This document shows positions 27,397 through 34,071 of a stretch of 42,379 nucleotides of DNA, piece by piece. The DNA comes from Escherichia phage aldrigsur. Both the position numbers and the translations under genes were made by a program. Every line of letters starts with the position of its first letter. Position 1 is the first letter of the stretch. Below the pieces are notes generated by a model that worked only from the letters and a program-made list of their open reading frames with translations, had not been told where the DNA came from and searched no databases. Location: sequence record MN850592.1; one strand, written 5' to 3'.

Positions 27397-27464
27397 GGTA
27401 AAACCCTCAGTTAGTTGTGGCATGATTGCCCTACAGCCCACCGCTATGGATGGGCTGACAGAAA

Positions 27465-27701
27465 TCACGCAGTCTTGATGACTTCGCCTTCATCCAGTGC
27501 GGCCTGCACTGCGTCGGCGTACTCACCACCGGACAGCAGCACGTAGCTCACGCTGTCAAAGTGCAGTTCCTCACCGAACTGTTCGAAAGCAAAGGTCTTG
27601 CTGGTGTACACTGCCACCTGCTGGCGGTCGTCAGCGAATTGCGCATAGGTTACTTCACCATCGTTCGGGTCAGTGAAGCGTACCAGTTCAAACTTAGCCA
27701 T
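27465..27701 (-). CDS. Small acidic protein, 78 aa
   Basis: ATG with AGGAG SD. Confidence 0.5.
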   Translation of the reverse strand: MAKFELVRFTDPNDGEVTYAQFADDRQQVAVYTSKTFAFEQFGEELHFDSVSYVLLSGGEYADAVQAALDEGEVIKTA

Positions 27702-27737
27702 GTTGTTTCTCCTGTTACTGGTGGGTTAGTGGTCGGC

Positions 27738-28013
27738 TTACTCGAAGTCAGCCGCGTCTACGTTGTCAGCTTCAAAGCTGGTGATGAAGCGAGGCTCCAG
27801 TGCATTCAGCTTTTCAACCGACAGCTTGCCACCCTGAATGGCAATCAGCATACCGCCGAGGTCTTCCAGCGCCTCGCGCACCTCGCCAATCACCTCGTCA
27901 TGGCTTGCGTCTGGCTTCGGCTGCACACCCAGTGAAGGTGCATTGTCAACAGTCTCGCCAACGATGAAAGCCAGACCGCCGTTGTTCAGGGAAAACACAT
28001 TGATAGTGGACAT
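27738..28013 (-). CDS. Small acidic protein, paralog family 1, 91 aa
   Basis: Conserved upstream module; C-terminus ...DAADFE. Confidence 0.5.
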   Translation of the reverse strand: MSTINVFSLNNGGLAFIVGETVDNAPSLGVQPKPDASHDEVIGEVREALEDLGGMLIAIQGGKLSVEKLNALEPRFITSFEADNVDAADFE

Positions 28014-28078
28014 AATAAATCCTCAGTAGATTGGGGCATGATTGCCGCACTGCCCCGTCGCAACGAGGCAGTAAGGTA

Positions 28079-28420
28079 TCACGCAGAGAAGTCTACGTCA
28101 TCTTCATCGCCGTACACTTTCAGCTCGGTGACAGACACGTCTGCACCCAGCTTCTCACGGTCGATGAAAGGCACGCCGTTCATCATGCCGAACAGTTCCA
28201 GCGGCAGGCCAGAAGCTGCGAACCCAGCGAAGCCTTCGTCAGCGTCGAAGTGCGCCACGATGTCCTCGGCAGAGTCGCCGTCGCGGTTGCGGCCTGCAAT
28301 CAGGTAGCCCTCGTCGTCGGAGGTGAATGCCACCCACTCAGCGGTACGCGCTTCTTCCGGTACGTCTGCGCCGAATGCGGAAGCTGCGATGTTGGTCAGG
28401 ATTACAAGTTTGATGCTCAT
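28079..28420 (-). CDS. Small acidic protein, paralog family 1, 113 aa
   Basis: Conserved upstream module; segment SAEDIVAHFDADEGFAGFA resembles SAQEKDIVAVVGDGFEEGNFA of the 27112..27396 product. Confidence 0.5.
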   Translation of the reverse strand: MSIKLVILTNIAASAFGADVPEEARTAEWVAFTSDDEGYLIAGRNRDGDSAEDIVAHFDADEGFAGFAASGLPLELFGMMNGVPFIDREKLGADVSVTELKVYGDEDDVDFSA

Positions 28421-28491
28421 ATTAAAACCCTCAGATTGAGTAAGGCATTATTGCCACGCTGCACCCTCGCAAGGATGCAGCAGGACAACGC

Positions 28492-28773
28492 TTACTCGTC
28501 GTCTACTTCTGCTTCGAACGTGCCGATTTCTTCAATCGTAAGGTCGTCGCCGTGGCGCAGTCGCAGGTCGTCTTCGTCCTGCTCAGCGAGCATGATGATG
28601 AACTCGTGCGGCAGCGGGATACCCTGCAACGTTTCGAGGATGGCTACGGCCTCAGTCGGCTCGCCTTCTTCACGGACGTGGTGCAGGTACTGGCCTTCGT
28701 TCAGGGAAACAGCGAAGCCATACAGTTCGCCAGCTTTCTTGGTCACGAATGCAGTTACAGTTTTGATAGTCAT
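28492..28773 (-). CDS. Small acidic protein, paralog family 1, ~93 aa
   Basis: ATG at 28773 with GGAG SD and conserved upstream module; ORF-track 178-aa version rejected as N-terminal over-extension. Confidence 0.5.
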   Translation of the reverse strand: MTIKTVTAFVTKKAGELYGFAVSLNEGQYLHHVREEGEPTEAVAILETLQGIPLPHEFIIMLAEQDEDDLRLRHGDDLTIEEIGTFEAEVDDE

Positions 28774-28849
28774 GGTTAATACTCCGAATAGGTTGGGGCA
28801 GAATTGCCATAAAGCCAGCGCCTTGACACTGGCTTGAGTCAATCCCGGC

Positions 28850-29128
28850 TTACGCCACTTCGAAGTCTTCCTGACGACCCCAGCGAACGGTGCCATCCCA
28901 TTCGGTGCCTTGGTCTTCATCGACCAGCCACAGGAAGTCGCCGGACTCGTCCAGAATGTCACGGCTCTGAGCAAAGTGCGGCAGGTTCTCCGCGCCTTCC
29001 TTGATGTCGATGCGGCCAGTGTCGTCAATGGTCGCTACGATGGTGCCAGTAAGCTGGCCGCCCATCAGTGCTGCCGGGAAAGAGTGCGCCAGCGGTTTGG
29101 TGCGAGTGTCTACAGCTTTAAAAGTCAT
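28850..29128 (-). CDS. Small acidic protein, probable paralog family 1, 92 aa
   Basis: MTFKAV start and acidic C-terminus ...EDFEVA; preceded by hairpin 29164..29186. Confidence 0.45.
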   Translation of the reverse strand: MTFKAVDTRTKPLAHSFPAALMGGQLTGTIVATIDDTGRIDIKEGAENLPHFAQSRDILDESGDFLWLVDEDQGTEWDGTVRWGRQEDFEVA

Positions 29129-29193
29129 GCTATGCCCCTTTGGGTTGGTGTGTGGTTACAATTCAGGCCACTCAGTGAATGGCCTGTCAGTAA

Positions 29194-29724
29194 TCACGCA
29201 GCTTGCTTAGCCTTGCGCAGTGCATCCAGCACGTTCTGAGGAACAACAACCTTGTTCGCGTCTTCGTCCTTCCCTTCGTGGCGCAGTTCGTTCGCCTTGT
29301 TCAGCGCCTTCTCAGCTTTGGCAATCAGCTTTTCGAGCGCATCTTGCAGGTCGAAGCCTTCGAACGCCTGCTCAGGTTTCAGGCTCCACCACATAGTGGC
29401 TTTGGCCGTGTCAATGTTCGCCTTAATGTACTCAGCGCCCTGCCAGCCGATAAAGCCCTGTTTCCCGCCGTTCTCACCGATAATCAGGCCGCCGAACTTG
29501 ACGAACCAGTCTACCAGCGCCTTACCACGGATACCCTGACCGAGCTGATTCACGAAGGATTCAGCACGAGTGTAGTCGCCGTGATGGTAAGCGTGCAGGA
29601 TGATGCCGACCGCAACGTTCTGAATGTCGCTACGGAGTGAGTGCGCCTTCTTGACGGTAGACTCAATGGCCTTGTCCAGAGCGGCAGCGTCTTTGAAGCT
29701 GGTGTATTTGATTGCAGTTGTCAT
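29194..29724 (-). CDS. Hypothetical early protein, ~176 aa
   Basis: ATG at 29724 with AAGGGG SD (ORF track starts at GTG 29757). Confidence 0.5.
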   Translation of the reverse strand: MTTAIKYTSFKDAAALDKAIESTVKKAHSLRSDIQNVAVGIILHAYHHGDYTRAESFVNQLGQGIRGKALVDWFVKFGGLIIGENGGKQGFIGWQGAEYIKANIDTAKATMWWSLKPEQAFEGFDLQDALEKLIAKAEKALNKANELRHEGKDEDANKVVVPQNVLDALRKAKQAA

Positions 29725-29785
29725 GGTAGTACCCCTTGTCAGGTTGGTTGATTTCACATAGCGCCTCGCAAGACGCTATAGGCTA

Positions 29786-29860
29786 TCAGCCACGGCGACG
29801 GCTCAGTCGCTGGTCAATGACCCAGCAGGCCGCCGCTACTACACACAGTGCGGTAAACAT
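29786..29860 (-). CDS. Very small hydrophobic peptide (24 aa, MFTALCVVAAACWVIDQRLSRRRG)
   Basis: ATG 1 nt after upstream stop (TAACATG), GGAGG 5 nt upstream; below ORF-track size cutoff. Confidence 0.3.
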   Translation of the reverse strand: MFTALCVVAAACWVIDQRLSRRRG

Positions 29861-29861
29861 G

Positions 29862-30254
29862 TTACGCCTCCACTACCCAAAATTGTTCACCATCGTAAGT
29901 CCAAGCGGTGTGCTGCCCGGCTTCCATTTCGGCCTCTGTCTTGCTGACGAACTTGCCAGCAGGCTTGCCCGGATATGGTGAATCCATGAAGATTGCATCA
30001 TCATCTTTGGTCACTACCATGATGCAGTCCTGTTCGAATGCTTTACAGAACAGCTTAACAGCCTGCCTGATTTCGTAGATTCCATCGACAGGAAAGACCA
30101 TGCTTAACTCGTACGCATTGTCGAACTTGCCTGTCAGTGTGACCGGAACCACTCCGAACATATCCTGCACCGTTCGCAGTGCCTTGCAATGAAGCGCCAG
30201 ATTAACACATTCAGCGTTGCCCTGACGATATGCGCTTGCATAGATACGGTACAT
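29862..30254 (-). CDS. First early gene, hypothetical protein, 130 aa
   Basis: First ORF downstream of the tandem promoters; GGAGA SD. Confidence 0.55.
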   Translation of the reverse strand: MYRIYASAYRQGNAECVNLALHCKALRTVQDMFGVVPVTLTGKFDNAYELSMVFPVDGIYEIRQAVKLFCKAFEQDCIMVVTKDDDAIFMDSPYPGKPAGKFVSKTEAEMEAGQHTAWTYDGEQFWVVEA

Positions 30255-30711
30255 AGTTATTTCTCCAGTTGTTGGCTATTTTCAGGTGGATAGTGAACCC
30301 ATTGTGACGCGCCGTACATGTTGCACTAAGTGGCATTGATTGGCTTGTCGGATTCACTACCCTGAAAAATCGCCCCGCCCATTTCGCGCCGTGGATATTG
30401 TCTGCATCCACTCTCAGGAGTCCTCCAGCAGTCCGGCTCACCGTTACCAGCTTGCCTACCTACCCGCTTCACTCCGCGCCTTATAAGACGTTTGGGATTT
30501 TACTGATACTGCGCTGTGTCTATCGCGCTTCTCCGTTCCCTTGCATCAGGCACTACCCCTACGGCGTTAGCATTGTTGCGATACCGTTGCTTTTCAGCGA
30601 TGCCTCTCACCAGTTCCTAGCTGCGCCGGATACCCATGAGACCGTGACACTACGTGGCCAGTTTACGTTCACTCAGAGCAGGTTGTTTTGCAACCTTTCA
30701 ACTCGGTGCTG

Positions 30712-30740
30712 ATTACATCACATCGTATTCAGCGTGTCAA
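30712..30740 (-). promoter_or_regulatory. Sigma70-type early promoter A (TTGACA-17-TGTAAT)
   Basis: Minus strand: -35 TTGACA at 30740..30735, 17-nt spacer, -10 TGTAAT at 30717..30712. Confidence 0.55.
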
Positions 30741-30791
30741 CTACTTTTTACTTCTGACTGACTGGCTTGCTGCCCTGTCAATCTGGTGTGC

Positions 30792-30820
30792 ATTACAGCA
30801 TACTCATTTCATCCTGTCAA
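30792..30820 (-). promoter_or_regulatory. Sigma70-type early promoter B (TTGACA-17-TGTAAT)
   Basis: -35 at 30820..30815, -10 at 30797..30792; shares TATGCTGTAATGC context with promoter C. Confidence 0.55.
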
Positions 30821-30928
30821 CCGATTTAATCAGCGCCCGTTCTGAGATAATTAAACCGTACCAGTTCGCCTACGTGTGTTTTAACGTCTTTATCAATGAC
30901 TGTTTAGCTTGCTGGCTGACGTGGAAGC

Positions 30929-30957
30929 ATTACAGCATAGTGAGCTTGCCTTGTCAA
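30929..30957 (-). promoter_or_regulatory. Sigma70-type early promoter C (TTGACA-17-TGTAAT)
   Basis: -35 at 30957..30952, -10 at 30934..30929. Confidence 0.55.
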
Positions 30958-31034
30958 CACACCAGATTGTTAAAGAGCAGTGTTACCGTCCTACACCGTC
31001 CAACACGTTGACGCTGTGTTGTCCGGCGAGATGA

Positions 31035-31063
31035 ATTACAGCAAATAGCGAATACCTTTGCAA
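31035..31063 (-). promoter_or_regulatory. Sigma70-type early promoter D (TTGCAA-17-TGTAAT)
   Basis: -35 TTGCAA at 31063..31058, -10 at 31040..31035; weaker -35. Confidence 0.4.
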
Positions 31064-31189
31064 GTATTATTTTCAAGAAATGTGATAAGTGTATGTAATC
31101 ATTAGGATTAAAGTTTGATTAGATAATCATAACACTGGATAGAATACCGTTATCAGATAGGTTATAAGTTACTGTAATCATTAGATAAT

Positions 31190-31226
31190 TATGAAAGTGT
31201 CTATAGTGATATAGTATCGCTAGATA
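31190..31226 (+). promoter_or_regulatory. Inverted copy of the composite element (TATGAAAGTGTCTATAGTG + TGATAtagTATC palindrome) at the boundary of the AT-rich and T-depleted regions
   Basis: Same composite as minus-strand 10491..10526, here on plus strand. Confidence 0.35.
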
Positions 31227-31230
31227 CGCA

Positions 31231-31620
31231 GAGCGAGCGCGGCGCAGCCGAAACAAGCGAGCGCCGAACGGATGACGGATGGCAGACCGTAGGACTGACA
31301 GACGGCAGACAGTGAAGGCAGTAGGACAGTAACAGCAGGTAGCAGAGCATGACGCGCAGAGCTGGCAGGCGCAGACAGTAGACCAGCACACCACACAGCA
31401 CCACGCCGCACACCGCTACACACCAGCACCACGAAAAGAGACAGATACCCGCACGACCACGCGCAGCACACAGCACCACACAGCCAGCGCAGAGCGTCCC
31501 CAATAGGACAGCACCACACCGCCACCGATAGCCCACACAGCAGGCACACAGCCAGCCAGCAGGACAGCACCACGCGGCGAGTGATGAAACGCGACACGCA
31601 CGAGCTATACCGCACGCAGG
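31231..31620. repeat. Strand-asymmetric block (plus strand ~5% T) with degenerate short repeats (ACAGCACCAC x4, GACAG-type); candidate terminal-repeat/packaging region
   Basis: Composition counted directly; lies between last late gene (stop 31810) and early promoters, where genome ends of T7-like phages map. Confidence 0.4.
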
Positions 31621-31809
31621 CAATCCTCTTGACGCGCCGCGCAACGCACGCGAGACAATATCGCGCACGTCGCGAGGCTAATCCGCGCACACGTCATGGG
31701 GGTACGCGCGGTCATTTGGGTCGAGGGAGGGGCAACCATAAACATGCAATTTTCAAGCCGGGGGTATTGCTCCACACGGCCTGTTCAATGCTCCAGCTTT
31801 CGATAGCCC

Positions 31810-32346
31810 CTACAGCGTCGCACAGTAGTCGCTACAGCGTTTTGCACGAGCTACCAAGGCATCCCTATACCGAACGATTGTCGGGGCTGTAGAAGCCTTT
31901 AGGAACGCAATACGAAGGTCACAGATGGCTGCTGCTGCGGAGTGAGGTTCCAGACGTTTGGCTGCTGCCACGGTAGCAGGGCCAATAACCCCGTCCTGTG
32001 CAACACCGCATACCCGCTGTAGAGCTTTCGCCGCACGGGAGACACCTGAGTTAACGCCGTAGTCGAACACGGCACATGCAATCGCAGGGTGAAGCTCGTC
32101 ACCTCGGATGGGGCTGTAGTAGTCCCGTCGATAGATAGCTTCGGCTTGTGCTTTGGTGAGGTCGCGGATAGGCACACAAATAGTGCCGCCAAGCCCAGTA
32201 GGGACACCGCAAGCTCTACCATCCAGCTTTCCATCACGAGCGTCACTAATTCCATGATTCGTTTCCCCTCCGGTGTCGCCGGGCAGGTTGGCGTAACCGC
32301 CTTCTGCCAGCCCGGTGAACCGCATACAGATTTCAAAGTTAGTCAT
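31810..32346 (-). CDS. Endolysin, GH108-type lysozyme with C-terminal peptidoglycan-binding domain, 178 aa
   Basis: N-terminal AEGGYANLPGDTGGETNHGI (GH108 EGGY..GGETN.GI signature) and C-terminal DGVIGPATVAAAKR (PG_binding_3-like); no signal or SAR segment. Confidence 0.75.
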   Translation of the reverse strand: MTNFEICMRFTGLAEGGYANLPGDTGGETNHGISDARDGKLDGRACGVPTGLGGTICVPIRDLTKAQAEAIYRRDYYSPIRGDELHPAIACAVFDYGVNSGVSRAAKALQRVCGVAQDGVIGPATVAAAKRLEPHSAAAAICDLRIAFLKASTAPTIVRYRDALVARAKRCSDYCATL

Positions 32347-32729
32347 TACATCCCCAAGATAGTCGTGATAAAGGACTGGAGAGCCGTTAGGTCGCCAGCT
32401 TTAACAGCTAAGTAGATACCGCTGCACAGGGATGCGGTTAAGAGACACCATTTGACAGCGTGAGCCGCCGCCGTAAAGAGCTTACCGATATGGCTCATAG
32501 TCTTCTGAATGTCCTGAATTTGCTCAACCACAAGGAGCTGCTGTTGAACGGTCTGCCAGCGGGTATCGTTCTCCGCGAGCTTGGCCAGCATTGCAGCATC
32601 GCCCTTTTCAAGAGTGGCGATTTGTACCTCGTGCTTGTCGAGTCGAAGTTCTACGGATTGCATACGAGCCTCCACTGCACCCATACGCGAGTGGATGTTA
32701 GGAGTTGGCTCCTTCTTTGCTTCCGTCAT
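32346..32729 (-). CDS. Membrane protein with N-terminal coiled-coil and C-terminal TM segment(s); holin or lysis-regulator candidate, 127 aa
   Basis: AAGGAAAG SD; hydrophobic WCLLTASLCSGIYLAV near C-terminus; adjacent to endolysin. Confidence 0.35.
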   Translation of the reverse strand: MTEAKKEPTPNIHSRMGAVEARMQSVELRLDKHEVQIATLEKGDAAMLAKLAENDTRWQTVQQQLLVVEQIQDIQKTMSHIGKLFTAAAHAVKWCLLTASLCSGIYLAVKAGDLTALQSFITTILGM

Positions 32730-33186
32730 CTTTCACTTTCCTTTTCCACGGAGATGGTACAAACCACATGACTAAACCAAGGATACATGTAAGGCCCATG
32801 CCAAAAGCCCACAGGAGACTGCGTGGGTCGCTCTGTGAGACGATTACTGTGCGAGCCTGTACGTTTCCTTGGGTCATTTGCGACCCCTGCTTAGAAGCGT
32901 TTACAGAGCCTCCTGTAACGTCCTTGACGGAAGTGCCATTCGAACCCTGTTTAGCGGTATCCACTTTCGCGTTACCTGATACGTCACCGACCTTTGTTTC
33001 GTCGGACTGTTTCGCAGTCACACCGATACCTTGCTTCGTGTTCTCTGCACCGACTTGGGCCGTGAGTTCCGGCTTGTTGGGAGAGACAGCCGAAGTTACA
33101 GCAGACAGTGCGCTAGTTGCGGAGCAGCCCGTCAATGTCAGTGACAATGAGAGGACTGCCCCGGCCATTAGCCGAGACAGTTTCAT
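32698..33186 (-). CDS. Lipoprotein with C-terminal TM helix; unimolecular-spanin-like, 162 aa
   Basis: Signal peptide with lipobox LTLTGC, Gly/Ser/Thr/Lys-rich periplasmic region, C-terminal LLWAFGMGLTCILGLVMWFV followed by KRKVKDD; strong AAGGAG SD. Confidence 0.5.
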   Translation of the reverse strand: MKLSRLMAGAVLSLSLTLTGCSATSALSAVTSAVSPNKPELTAQVGAENTKQGIGVTAKQSDETKVGDVSGNAKVDTAKQGSNGTSVKDVTGGSVNASKQGSQMTQGNVQARTVIVSQSDPRSLLWAFGMGLTCILGLVMWFVPSPWKRKVKDDGSKEGANS

Positions 33187-33196
33187 ACGCTACTCC

Positions 33197-33391
33197 TTAC
33201 GCGCCGCCGTTAGTGAGGTTGGTGAGTGCCGTTTGTACACGGGTCACGAACGTCTGGTAGTAAGCAACCAGCTCGGTGTTGGTGGTGTCGAAGAAGTAGT
33301 CTTCCGTCCAAACGTTCAGATACTTGGCTGCCATATTACAGGCTGCCACGAACTCCGCACGTTCAGCAGCGGTAGAGTCAACAAGTGCCAT
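33197..33391 (-). CDS. Hypothetical protein, 64 aa
   Basis: AAGGAGA SD. Confidence 0.45.
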   Translation of the reverse strand: MALVDSTAAERAEFVAACNMAAKYLNVWTEDYFFDTTNTELVAYYQTFVTRVQTALTNLTNGGA

Positions 33392-33402
33392 AAAGATTCT
33401 CC

Positions 33403-34071
33403 TTAAGAGAGGGTGATGCCAGTGATAACGCCACCAGCGACAGTGAAGGTTACAGTGTCGGTGTAAGTGCCAGTCACCGGAACCTGTAGTGCAGCGGCGT
33501 TAGCCACAGCAGCGATAGTTGCAGGGAAGGTGCCGTACGAGATTACCCCGTTGGACACAGTAAACGTGGCGTTGGCGATAGCCGTACCCGCAGAGTTGCG
33601 GATTTGGATACCGTTACCGCTGGAGATACAGGCCACCGTCGCCGGGAGCCGGGCTGCCAGCAGCACGCCGTTGGTGTTCACGAAGGAAGTGGACGTAATG
33701 CCAGCGGCACCGTTCACGTTCTGCACAGAGATTGAATCACCGTTGGACTTCATACCGACAGTCACCGGGAATCGAATCTGATAAGTAGAGCCATCAACCT
33801 CAACCGTACCCGACTTGGACACAGTGCCGTCTTGGTTCACTACAGTCGCTGTAGCGCCGTCTGCGACGATTACTGAGCCTTCCGGTACGGAACTATACCC
33901 AGCCGCTTCCAACGCTGTCATGAGCTGCTGGATGGCCGTGTCGATGTCAGCAGCCTGAGCTGCCGTGATAGTGGTCGTGTTGTTCACGAAACGCTGCGTA
34001 AGGTTCGCAGCAATGTTGGCGCGGTAGCCGATGTCATACCGCTGTTGGTCAGTGATGGAAATCAAGGACAT
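33403..34071 (-). CDS. Hypothetical Gly/Thr/Ala/Val-rich protein (beta-rich, fibre/adhesin-like), 222 aa
   Basis: Start overlaps terminase stop (TAATG); composition suggests beta-sandwich/fibre-like fold. Confidence 0.5.
   Translation of the reverse strand: MSLISITDQQRYDIGYRANIAANLTQRFVNNTTTITAAQAADIDTAIQQLMTALEAAGYSSVPEGSVIVADGATATVVNQDGTVSKSGTVEVDGSTYQIRFPVTVGMKSNGDSISVQNVNGAAGITSTSFVNTNGVLLAARLPATVACISSGNGIQIRNSAGTAIANATFTVSNGVISYGTFPATIAAVANAAALQVPVTGTYTDTVTFTVAGGVITGITLS

Noticed and set aside
28050-28071. Reading the TTGCGA hairpin loops as sigma70 -35 boxes
   Set aside because: No acceptable -10 hexamer at 16-18 nt spacing downstream in any copy (CATGCC/AATGCC instead of TATAAT-like)
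28492-29028. ORF-track 178-aa version of the gene at 28492..29028
   Set aside because: Its N-terminal 85 codons overlap the upstream gene 28850..29128 and the conserved intergenic hairpin/box module; the internal ATG at 28773 has a proper SD and gives a protein the size of its paralogs
30776-30781. Possible fifth promoter at the TTGACA copy near 30776
   Set aside because: No acceptable -10 hexamer 17 nt downstream (GTCAGA); probably a fragment of the duplicated promoter context
30398-31011. Plus-strand ORFs 30398..30712 and 30688..31011 in the promoter/leader region
   Set aside because: They overlap the tandem sigma70 promoters and repeated promoter context on the opposite strand, the second starts at TTG, and neither has an RBS; most likely noncoding
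31231-31620. Possible CRISPR array or tandem satellite in the repeat block
   Set aside because: Repeats are short, degenerate and irregularly spaced with no repeat-spacer periodicity; no cas genes; better explained as a terminal-repeat/packaging region
31119-31690. Minus-strand ORFs 31119..31394, 31201..31668, 31220..31690 (Cys/Arg/Leu/Ala-rich)
   Set aside because: They are produced by the low-complexity T-depleted repeat block, overlap each other in different frames and have no start context; treated as noncoding terminal region
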